From assembly GCF_964355755.1 (NCBI RefSeq), contig NC_092677.1, positions 20,482,101 to 20,546,100 of the forward strand: a stretch of 64,000 bases of DNA, read 5' to 3'. Of this stretch, positions 14,431-25,900 are shown in pieces. This DNA comes from Antedon mediterranea. Taxonomy: Eukaryota; Animalia; Echinodermata. Under the pieces are notes generated by a model. That model had not been told where the DNA came from and did no database searches. It saw nothing but the letters and a program-made list of their open reading frames with translations. The translations under genes were made by a program, and so were the position numbers. The first letter of the stretch is position 1. Every line of letters starts with the position of its first letter.

Positions 14431-15311
14431 ACATTTTGAGCATTTCGTTAAAATTTTTCACAGAAAAACATCAAAGAGCAAAAAATAGCTTAATATCGTA
14501 TTTAAAAACGTTTTAGACCATTTTGAGCATTTCGACAAAACTTTTTCACACAAAACATCAAAGTGTACAGAATAGCTTCAAATCGCATTTGGAGACGTTT
14601 TAACCCATTTTGAGCATTTCGATAAAATTTTACACACAAAAACATCAAAGTGCACAAAATAGCTTAATATGGTATTTAAAAACGTTTTAGACCATTTTGA
14701 GCATTTCAACAAAACTTTTTCTCGCAAAACATCAAAGTGTACAGAATAGCTTCAAATCGCATTTGGAGACGTTTTAGACCATTTTGTGCATTTCGATGAA
14801 ACTTGGTTACACAAACACATCAAAGTGCTTAAAATCACATTTTGAGCATTTCGTTAAAACTTTTCACACAAAAACATCAAAGTCCACAAAATAGCTTAAT
14901 ATCGTATTTAAAAACGTTTTAGACCATTTTGAGCATTTCGAAAAAACTTTTCCACACAAAACATCAAAGTTTACAAAATAGCTTCAAATCGCATTTGGAG
15001 ACGTTTTAGACCATTTTGTGATTTTCGAAAAAACTTGTTAACATAAAAACACCAAAGTGCTCAGAATACCTTCAAATCGTGTTTTGAGACGTTTTAGACC
15101 ATTTTGTAATTTTCGAAAAAACTTGTTAACATAAAAACACCAAAGTGCTCAGAATACCTTCACATCGCATTTTGAGACGTTTTAGACCATTTTGTGATTT
15201 TCGAAAAAACTTGTTAACATAAAAACACCAAAGTGCTTAGAAAAGCTTGAAATCGCATTTGGAGACGTTTTAGACCATTTTGTGCATTTCGATGAAACTT
15301 GGTTTAACACT

Positions 15312-15386
15312 TTGACTGCCAAACACGAAGATCTTCGTTTTTGGAAACACAACGCTTGACTGCCAAACACGAAGATCTTCGTTTTT
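15312..15386 (+). repeat. Left subterminal direct repeat (2 x 31 bp, period 44) with an internal 14-bp palindrome
   Basis: TTGACTGCCAAACACGAAGATCTTCGTTTTT at 15312-15342 and 15356-15386. Palindrome ACGAAGATCTTCGT at 15325-15338 and 15369-15382. Confidence 0.93.
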
Positions 15387-15550
15387 CGCATTTTTTTACG
15401 AAATCCGGTAAATAGGTTAATTATTGGTATATACTATAAATATGGACACTATATTCGGTCTGGACCGTGAATATTTTACTTTTTGAAAGTAACTAATCTG
15501 GTTACGAACGATTGTCTAAATGGTACCTGTCGAAATAACATACACCGCGC

Positions 15551-15949
15551 ATCTCCCCGGGCGCGAAATTTTCTTTACTCGTCAGATAAGGCAGAAATCA
15601 TGAATAATTCATTACCTTAATTATTTTCTATTATAAAGAATTGCAAGATAGCTGATCTACTTCCTAAATGTACTAAACCTAACCCTCTAAATAATCTCTC
15701 TCAACTATTTAAAAAAAACATGTTCCTGAAAGACCTCGAACCGAGGGCTCCAGCGTAATAGGTTAAAGCCTTTACCACTAGACCAAACATTTCGGTTGGC
15801 AAACGCTGTGTACACAAATTATTTAATATCTCTGTATGCTTATATAGCGCCCTCTCTAATGTGGCATATTATGTAATAATTATTCTAATGAATTATTCAT
15901 GAAATCTGCCTTATCTGACGAGTAAAGAAAATTTCGCTCCCCGGGCGAT
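15551..15949. mobile_element. Internal module bounded by 64-bp inverted repeats (probable nested MITE)
   Basis: Left arm 15551-15614 (ATCTCCCCGGGCGCGAAATTTTCTTTACTCGTCAGATAAGGCAGAAATCATGAATAATTCATTA) is the reverse complement of 15886-15949 with 5 mismatches by eye. The TSD is unclear (possibly AT). Confidence 0.7.
15711..15792 (-). ncRNA. Degenerate tRNA-derived (Asp/Glu-like) sequence with Pol III A box, B box and oligo-T terminator; pseudo-tRNA or SINE head, not a functional tRNA
   Basis: Minus strand reads AAATGTT-TGGTCTAGTGG-TAAAGGCTTTAACCTATTACGCTGGAGCCCTC-GGTTCGAGGTC-TTTCAGGAACATG-T8. A box at 15775-15785 and B box at 15732-15742, starts 43 nt apart as in tRNA. D-stem GTCT/AGGC and a 7-nt loop CT-ATT-AC are present. 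The T-stem and acceptor stem are degenerate. Confidence 0.6.
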
Positions 15950-18720
15950 ATTTTCATATTGTGATGTCTTGCACAAAATCGCGAATATCTCGACTTTCTT
16001 GCGCGAAACTACGAAAAACTCAAAAAGTGAGTTACTTTCATTTTACTATTACGATTTACATATAGCGATTTGAAAATCGTTCTTGGTACCATTGTAAAGC
16101 TAAAATCTTTATAATTATTTTAGTCTAAATTACATGTAAATCAGATCACATACATAGTTTCAATCAGCTTTAATAAAAACATTGAATTGGGCTATAAACG
16201 CTGGCGGTGGCAGTTTCTAACTGGAAAAACCTCTGGCAGTCAAAGTGTTAAGTGCTTAAAATCACATTTTGAGCATTTCGTTAAAACTTTTCACACAAAA
16301 ACATCAAAGAGTAAAAAATAGCTTAATATCGTATTTAAAAACGTTTTAGACCATTTTGAGCATTTCGACAAAATTTTTTCACACAAAACATCAAAGTGTA
16401 CAGAATAGCTTTAAATCGCATTTGGAGACGTTTTAGACCATTTTGTTCATTTCGATGAAACAAAAACACAAAAACATCAAATTGCACAAAATGGCTTAAT
16501 ATGATATGGGAAAACGTTTTAGACCATTTTGAACATTTCGTTAAAAGTTTTCACAAAAAACATCAAAGTCCACAAAATAGCTTAATATCGTATTTAAAAA
16601 CGTTTTAGACCATTTTGAGCATTTCGAAAAAACTTTTTCACACAAAACATCAAAGTTTACAAAATAGCTTCAAATCGCATTTGGAGACGTTTTAGACCAT
16701 TTTGTGATTTTCGAAAAAACTTGTTAACATAAAAACACCAAAGTGCTCAGAATACCTTCAAATCGCATTTTGAGACGTTTTAGACCATTTTGTGATTTTC
16801 GAAAAAACTTGTTAACATAAAAACACCAAAATGCTCAGAATACCTTCAAATCGTGTTTTGAGACGTTTTAGACCATTTTGTGATTTTGGAAAAACTTGTT
16901 AACATAAAAACACCAAAGTGCTCAGAATACCTTCAAATCGCATTTGGAGACGTTTTAGACCATTTTGTGATTTTCGAAAAAACTTGTTAACATAAAAACA
17001 CCAAAGTGCTCAGAAAAGCTTCAAATCGCAATTGGAGACGTTTTAAACCATTTTGTTCATTTCGATGAAACTTGGTTACACAAAAACATCAAATTGCACA
17101 AAATGGCTTAATATGGTATGGGAAAACGTTTTAGACCATTTTGAACATTTCGAGAAAACTTTTTCACACAAAACTTCAAAGTGTACAGAATAGCTTCAAA
17201 TCGCATTAGAAACCGTTTTAGACCATTTTGAGCATTTCGAAAAAACTTTTTCACACAAAACATCAAAGTTTACAAAATAGCTTCAAATCGCATTTGGAGA
17301 CGTTTTAGACCATTTTGTGATTTTCGAAAAAACTTGTTAACATAAAAACACCAAAGTGCTCAGAATACCTTCAAATCGCATTTTGAGACGTTTTAGACCA
17401 TTTTGTGATTTTCGAAAAAACTTGTTAACATAAAAATACCAAAGTGCTCAGAATACCTTCAAATCGTGTTTTGAGACGTTTTAGACCATTTTGTGATTTT
17501 CGAAAAAACTTGTTAACATAAAAACACCAAAGTGCTCAGAATACCTTCAAATCGCATTTGGAGACGTTTTAGACCATTTTGTGATTTTCGAAAAAACTTG
17601 TTAACATAAAAACACCAAAGTGCTCAGAAAAGCTTCAAATCGCATTTGGAGACGTTTTAAACCATTTTGTTCATTTCGATGAAACTTGGTTACACAAAAA
17701 CATCAAAGAGCACAAAAGTATTTAAAAACGTTTTAGACCATTTTGAGCATTCCGAAAAAACTTTTTCACACTAAACATCAAAGTGTACAGAATAGCTTTA
17801 AATCGCATTTGGAGACGTTTTAGACCATTTTGTGGTTTTCGAAAAAACTTGTTAACATAAAAACACAAAAGAGCTTCAAATCGCATTTGGAGACGTTTTA
17901 GACCCTTTTGTGCATTTCGATGAAACTTGGTTACACAAAAACATCAAAGTGCTTAAAATCACATTAGAAACCGTTTTAGACCATTTTGAGCATTTCGTTA
18001 AAACTTTTCACACAAAAACATCAAAGTCCACAAAATAGCTTAATATCGTATTCAAAAACGTTTTAGACCATTTTGAGCATTTCGAAAAAACTTTTTCACA
18101 CAAAACATCAAAGTTTACAAAATAGCTTCAAATCGCATTTGGAGACGTTTTAGACCATTTTGTGATTTTCGAAAAAACTTGTTAACATAAAAACACCAAA
18201 GTGCTCAGAATACCTTCAAATCGCATTTTGAGACGTTTTAGACCATTTTGTGATTTTCGAAAAAACAACATAAAAACACCAAAGTGCTCAGAATACCTTC
18301 AAATCGCATTTGGAGACGTTTTAGACCATTTTGTGATTTTGGAAAAAACTTGTTAACATAAAAACACCAAAGTGCTCAGAATACCTTCAAATCGTATTTT
18401 GAGACGTTTTAGACAATTTTGTGATTTTCGAAAAAACTTGTTAACATAAAAACACCAAAGTGCTTAGAAAAGCTTCAAATCGCATTTGGAGACGTTTTAG
18501 ACCATTTTGTGCATTTCGATGAAACTTGGTTACACAAAAACATCAAAGTGTACAGAATAGCTTCAAATCGCATTAGAAACCGTTTTAGACCATTTTGAGC
18601 ATTTCGAAAAAACTTTTTCACACAAAACATCAAAGTGTACAAAATAGCTTCAAATCGCATTTGGAGACGTTTTAGACAATTTTGTGATTTTCGAAAAAAC
18701 TTGTTTACATAAAAACACCA

Positions 18721-21700
18721 AAGTGCTAAGAATAGCTTCCAATCGCATTTGGAGACGTTTTAGACCCTTTTGTGCATTTCGATGAAACTTGGTTACACAA
18801 AAACATCAAAGTGCTTAAAATCACATTAGAAACCGTTTTAGACCATTTTGAGCATTTCGTTAAAATTTTTCACAGAAAAACATCAAAGAGCAAAAAATAG
18901 CTTAATATCGTATTTAAAAACGTTTTAGACCATTTTGAGCATTTCGACAAAACTTTTTCACACAAAACATCAAAGTGTACAGAATAGCTTAATATCGCAT
19001 TTGGAGACGTTTTAACCCATTTTGAGCATTTCGATAAAATTTTACACACAAAAACATCAAAGTGCACAAAATAGCTTAATATGGTATTTAAAAACGTTTT
19101 AGAACATTTTGAGCATTTCAACAAAACTTTTTCTCACAAAACATCAAAGTGTACAGAATAGCTTCAAATCGCATTTGGAGACGTTTTAGACCATTTTGTG
19201 CATTTCGATGAAACTTGGTTACACAAAAACATCAAAGTGCTTAAAATCACATTTTGAGCATTTCGTTAAAACTTTTCACACAAAAACATCAAAGAGTAAA
19301 AAATAGCTTAATATCGTATTTAAAAACGTTTTAGACCATTTTGAGCATTTCGACAAAATTTTTTCACACAAAACATCAAAGTGTACAGAATAGCTTTAAA
19401 TCGCATTTGGAGACGTTTTAGACCATTTTGTTAATTTCGATGAAACAAAAACACAAAAACATCAAATTGCACAAAATGGCTTAATATGATATGGGAAAAC
19501 GTTTTAGACCATTTTGAACATTTCGTTAAAAGTTTTCACACCAAAACATCAAAGTCCACAAAATAGCTTAATATCGTATTTAAAAACGTTTTAGACCATT
19601 TTGAGCATTTCGAAAAAACTTTTTCACACAAAACATCAAAGTTTACAAAATAGCTTCAAATCGCATTTGGAGACGTTTTAGACCATTTTGTGATTTTCGA
19701 AAAAACTTGTTAACATAAAAACACCAAAGTGCTCAGAATACCTTCAAATCGCATTTTGAGACGTTTTAGACCATTTTGTGATTTTCGAAAAAACTTGTTA
19801 ACATAAAAACACCAAAGTGCTCAGAATACCTTCAAATCGTGTTTTGAGACGTTTTAGACCATTTTGTGATTTTCGAAAAAACTTGTTAACATAAAAACAC
19901 CAAAGTGCTCAGAATACCTTCAAATCGCATTTTGAGACGTTTATACCATTTTGTGATTTTCGAAAAAACTTGTTAACATAAAAACACCAAAGTGCTCAGA
20001 ATACCTTCAAATCGTGTTTTGAGACGTTTTAGACCATTTTGTGATTTTCGAAAAAACTTGTTAACATAAAAACACCAAAGTGCTTAGAAAAGCTTCAAAT
20101 CGCATTTGGAGACGTTTTAGACCATTTTGTTCATTTCGATGAAACTTGGTTACACAAAAACATCAAAGAGCACAAAAGATCTTAATATCGTATTTAAAAA
20201 CGTTTTAGACCATTTTGAGCATTTCGAAAAAACTTTTTCACACAAAACATCAAAGTGTACAAAATAGCTTCAAATCGCATTTTGAGACGTTTTAGACAAT
20301 TTTGTGATTTTCGAAAAAACTTGTTTACATAAAAACAACAAAGTGCTTAGAAAAGCTTCAAATCGCATTTGGAGACGTTTTAAACCATTTTGTTCATTTC
20401 GATGAAACTTGGTTACACAAAAACATCAAAAAGCACAAAAGTATTTAAAAACGTTTTAGACCATTTTGAGCATTCCGTCAAAACTTTTTCACACAAAACA
20501 TCAAAGTGTACAGAATAGCTTTAAATCGCATTTGGAGACGTTTTAGACCATTTTGTAGTTTTCGAAAAAACTTGTTAACATAAAAACACAAAAGAGCTTC
20601 AAATCGCATTTGGAGACGTTTTAGACCCTTTTGTGCATTTCGATGAAACTTGGTTACACAAAAACATCAAAGTGCTTAAAATCACATTAGAAACCGTTTT
20701 AGACCATTTTGAGCATTTCGTTAAAACTTTTCACACAAAAACATCAAAGTCCACAAAATAGCTTAATATCGTATTTAAAAACGTTTTAGACCATTTTGAG
20801 CATTTCGAAAAAACTTTTTCACACAAAACATCAAAGTTTACAAAATAGCTTCAAATCGCATTTGGAGACGTTTTAGACCATTTTGTGATTTTCGAAAAAA
20901 CTTGTTAACATAAAAACACCAAAGTGCTCAGAAAAGCTTCAAATCGCATTTGGAGACGTTTTAAACCATTTTGTTCATTTCGATGAAACTTGGTTACACA
21001 AAAACATCAAAGAGCACAAAAGTATTTAAAAACGTTTTAGACCATTTTGAGCATTCCGACAAAACTTTTTCACACAAAACATCAAAGTGTACAGAATAGC
21101 TTTAAATCGCATTTGGAGACGTTTTAACCCATTTTGAGCATTTCGATAAAATTTTACACACAAAAACATCAAAGTGCACAAAATAGCTTAAAATGGTATT
21201 TAAAAACGTTTTAGACCATTTTGAGCATTTCAACAAAACTTTTTCTCACAAAACATCAAAGTGTACAGAATAGCTTCAAATCGCATTTGGAGACGTTTTA
21301 GACCATTTTGTGCATTTCGATGAAACTTGGTTACACAAAAACATCAAAGTGCTTAAAATCACATTTTGAGCATTTCGTTAAAACTTTTCACACAAAAACA
21401 TCAAAGTCCACAAAATAGCTTAATATCGTATTTAAAAACGTTTTAGACCATTTTGAGCATTTCGAAAAAACTTTTCCACACAAAACATCAAAGTTTACAA
21501 AATACCTTCAAATCGCATTTGGAGACGTTTTAGACCATTTTGTGATTTTCGAAAAAACTTGTTAACATAAAAACACCAAAGTGCTCAGAATACCTTCAAA
21601 TCGCATTTGGAGACGTTTTAGACCCTTTTGTGCATTTCGATGAAACTTGGTTACACAAAAACATCAAAGTGCTTAAAATCACATTAGAAACCGTTTTAGA

Positions 21701-22990
21701 CCATTTTGAGCATTTCGTTAAAATTTTTCACAGAAAAACATCAAAGAGCAAAAAATATCTTAATATCGTATTTAAAAACGTTTTAGACCATTTTGAGCAT
21801 TTCGACAAAACTTTTTCACACAAAACATCAAAGTGTACAAAATAGCTTCAAATCGCATTTGGAGACGTTTTAACCCATTTTGAGCATTTCGATAAAATTT
21901 TACACACAAAAACATCAAAGTGCACAAAATAGCTTAATATGGTATTTAAAAACGTTTTAGACCATTTTGAGCATTTCAACAAAACTTTTTCTCACAAAAC
22001 ATCAAAGTGTACAGAATAGCTTCAAATCGCATTTGGAGACGTTTTAGACCATTTTGTGCATTTCGATGAAACTTGGTTACACAAAAACATCAAAGTGCTT
22101 AAAATCACATTTTGAGCATTTCGTTAAAACTTTTCACACAAAAACATCAAAGTCCACAAAATAGCTTAATATCGTATTTAAAAACGTTTTAGACCATTTT
22201 GAGCATTTCGAAAAAACCTTTCCACACAAAACATCAAAGTTTACAAAATAGCTTCAAATCGCATTTGGAGACGTTTTAGACCATTTTGTGATTTTCGAAA
22301 AAACTTGATAACATAAAAACACCAAAGTGCTCAGAATACCTTAAAATCGTATTTTGAGACGTTTTAGACCATTTTGTAATTTTCGAAAAAACTTGTTAAC
22401 ATAAAAACACCAAAGTGCTCAGAATACCTTCACATCGCATTTTGAGACGTTTTAGACCATTTTGTGATTTTCGAAAAAACTTGTTAACATAAAAACACCA
22501 AAGTGCTTAGAAAAGCTTGAAATCGCATTTGGAGACGTTTTAGACCATTTTGTGCATTTCGATGAAACTTGGTTACACAAAAACATCAAAGTGCTTAAAA
22601 TCACATTTTGAGCATTTCGTTAAAACTTTTCACACAAAAACATCAAAGAGTAAAAAATAGCTTAATATCGTATTTAAAAACGTTTTAGACCATTTTGAGC
22701 ATTTCGACAAAATTTTTTCACACAAAACATCAAAGTGTACAGAATAGCTTTAAATCGCATTTGGAGACGTTTTAGACCATTTTGTTAATTTCGATGAAAC
22801 AAAAACACAAAAACATCAAATTGCACAAAATGGCTTAATATGATATGGGAAAACGTTTTAGACCATTTTGAACATTTCGTTAAAAGTTTTCACACAAAAA
22901 CATCAAAGTCCACAAAATAGCTTAATATCGTATTTAAAAACGTTTTAGACCATTTTGAGCATTTCGAAAAAACTTTTTCACACAAAACAT
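18721..22990 (+). repeat. Dispersed copy of satellite block ~6335-10605 (offset 12386; end approximate)
   Basis: Identical spurious ORFs at 6484/18870 and 9244/21630. Shared rare variants ACGTTTATACC, TTTACAAAATACC and AAAATATCTTAAT. Confidence 0.85.
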
Positions 22991-25900
22991 CAAAGTTTAC
23001 AAAATAGCTTCAAATCGCATTTGGAGACGTTATAGACCATTTTGTGATTTTCGGAAAAACTTGTTAACATAAAAACACCAAAGTGCTCAGAATACCTTCA
23101 AATCGCATTTTGAGACGTTTTAGACCATTTTGTGATTTTCGAAAAAACTTGTTAACATAAAAACACCAAAGTGCTCAGAATCGTGTTTTGAGACGTTTTA
23201 GACCATTTTGTGATTTTCGAAAAAACTTGTTAACATAAAAACACCAAAGTGCTTAGAAAAGCTTCAAATCGCATTTGGAGACGTTTTAAACCATTTTGTT
23301 CATTTCGATGAAACTTGGTTACACAAAAACATCAAAGAGCACAAAAGTATTTAAAAACGTTTTAGACCATTTTGAGCATTCCGACAAAACTTTTTCACAC
23401 AAAACATCAAAGTGTACAGAATAGCTTTAAATCGCATTTGGAGACGTTTTAGACCATTTTGTAGTTTTCGAAAAAACTTAACATAAAAACACAAAAGAGC
23501 TTCAAATCGCATTTGGAGACGTTTTAGACCCTTTTGTGCATTTCGATGAAACTTGGTTACACAATAACATCAAAGTGCTTAAAATCACATTAGAAACCGT
23601 TTTAGACCATTTTGAGCATTTCGTTAAAACTTTTCACACAAAAACATCAAAGTCCACAAAATAGCTTAATATCGTATTTAAAAACGTTTTAGACCAATTT
23701 GAGCATTTCGAAAAAACTTTTTCACACAAAACATCAAAGTTTACAAAATAGCTTCAAATCGCATTTGGAGACGTTTTAGACCATTTTGTGATTTTCGAAA
23801 AAACTTGTTAATATAAAAACACCAAAGTGCTCAGAATACCTTCAAATCGCATTTGGAGACGTTTTAGACCATTTTGTGATTTTCGAAAAAACTTAACATA
23901 AAAACACCAAAGTGCTCAGAATACCTTCAAATCGCATTTGGAGACGTTATAGACCATTTTGTGATTTTGGAAAAAACTTGTTAACATAAAAACACCAAAG
24001 TGCTCAGAATACCTTCAAATCGTATTTTGAGACGTTTTAGACAATTTTGTTATTTTCGAAAAAACTTGTTAACATAAAAACACCAAAGTGCTTAGAAAAG
24101 CTTCAAATCGCATTTGGAGACGTTTTAGACCATTTTGTGCATTTCGATGAAAAAACATCAAAGTGTACAGAATAGCTTCAAATCGCATTAGAAACCGTTT
24201 TAGACCATTTTGAGCATTTCGAAAAAACTTTTTCACACAAAACATCAAAGTGTACAAAATAGCTTCAAATCGCATTTGGAGACGTTTTAGACAATTTTGT
24301 GATTTTCGAAAAAACTTGTTTACATAAAAACACTAAAGTGCTAAGAATAGCTTCCAATCGCATTTGGAGACGTTTTAGACCCTTTTGTGCATTTCGATGA
24401 AACTTGGTTACACAAAAACATCAAAGTGCTTAAAATCATATTAGAAACCGTTTTAGACCATTTTGAGCATTTCGTTGAAATTTTTCACAGAAAAACATCA
24501 AAGAGCAAAAAATAGCTTAATATCGTAATTAAAAACGTTTTAGACCATTTTGAGCATTTCGACAAGATTTTTTCACACAAAACATCAAAGTGTACAGAAT
24601 AGCTTCAAATCGCATTTGGAGACGTTTTAAACCATTTTGAGCATTTCGATAAAATTTTACACACAAAAACATCAAAGTGCACAAAATAGCTTAATATGGT
24701 ATTTAAAAACGTTTTCGACCATTTTGAGCATTTCAACAAAACTTTTTCTCACAAAACATCAAAGTGTACAGAATAGCTTCAAATCGCATTTGGAGACGTT
24801 TTAGACCATTTTGTGCATTTCGATGAAACTTGGTTACACAAAAACATCAAAGTGCTTAATATCACATTTTGAGCATTTCGTTAAAACTTTTCACACAAAA
24901 ACATCAAAGTCCACAAAATAGCTTAATATCGTATTTAAAAACGTTTTAGACCATTTTGAGCATTTCGAAAAAACTTTTTCACACAAAACATCAAAGTTTA
25001 CAAAATAAGCTTCAAATCGCATTTGGAGACGTTTTAGACCATTTTGTGATTTTCGAAAAAACTTGTTAACATAAAAACACCAAAGTGCTCAGAATACCTT
25101 CAAATCGCATTTGGAGACGTTTTAGACCCTTTTGTGCATTTCGATGAAACTTGGTTACACAAAAACATCAAAGTGCTTAAAATCACATTAGAAACCGTTT
25201 TAGACCATTTTGAGCATTTCGTTAAAATTTTTCACAGAAAAACATCAAAGAGCAAAAAATAGCTTAATATCGTATTTAAAAACGTTTTAGACCATTTTGA
25301 GCATTTCGACAAAACTTTTTCACACAAAACATCAAAGTGTACAGAATAGCTTCAAATCGCATTTGGAGACGTTTTAACCCATTTTGAGCATTTCGATAAA
25401 ATTTTACACACAAAAACATCAAAGTGCACAAAATAGCTTAATATGGTATTTAAAAACGTTTTAGACCATTTTGAGCATTTCAACAAAACTTTTTCTCACA
25501 AAACATCAAAGTGTACAGAATAGTTTCAAATCGCATTTGGAGACGTTTTAGACCATTTTGTGCATTTCGATGAAACTTGGTTACACAAAAACATCAAAGT
25601 GCTTAAAATCACATTTTGAGCATTTCGTTAAAAGTTTTCACACAAAAACATCAAAGTCCACAAAATAGCTTAATATCGTATTTAAAAACGTTTTAGACCA
25701 TTTTGAGCATTTTCGAAAAAACTTGTTAACATAAAAACACCAAAGTGCTCAGAATACCTTCAAATCGTGTTTTGAGACGTTTTAGACCATTTTGTAATTT
25801 TCGAAAAAACTTGTTAACATAAAAACACCAAAGTGCTCAGAATACCTTCACATCGCATTTTGAGACGTTTTAGACCATTTTGTGATTTTCGAAAAAACTT

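Larger units (their letters stand above)
1..15303 (+). repeat. Satellite DNA array, ~87-88 bp monomer, segment 1 (runs off the window start)
   Basis: Typical monomer AAAGTGCTCAGAATACCTTCAAATCGCATTTGGAGACGTTTTAGACCATTTTGTGATTTTCGAAAAAACTTGTTAACATAAAAACACC = 88 bp; e.g. GCTCAGAATAC recurs at 7345 and 7433. The core CGTTTTAGACCATTTTG recurs throughout. Subtypes of 87, 77 and 57 bp also occur. Confidence 0.98.
15308..16247. mobile_element. Non-autonomous DNA transposon (MITE), piggyBac-like, 940 bp
   Basis: Perfect 14-bp TIRs CACTTTGACTGCCA (15308-15321) / TGGCAGTCAAAGTG (16234-16247), flanked by TTAA on both sides (15304-15307, 16248-16251). No transposase ORF. Net length gain versus the empty paralogue at 38257-38264 is 944 = 940+4. 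A TTAA duplication with C-starting termini is typical of piggyBac; the superfamily call is inferred from the termini only. Confidence 0.88.

Noticed and set aside
15182-15391. 69-aa ORF crossing the transposon left end
   Set aside because: Chimeric read-through from MITE repeats into satellite, with no transposase motifs.
15674-15690. Telomere-like AAACCTAACCCT
   Set aside because: Only about two imperfect units; too short to call an interstitial telomeric repeat.
15711-15792. Functional tRNA gene with anticodon ATT
   Set aside because: The T-stem and acceptor stem do not pair canonically and the anticodon stem has a mismatch; kept only as a tRNA-derived sequence.
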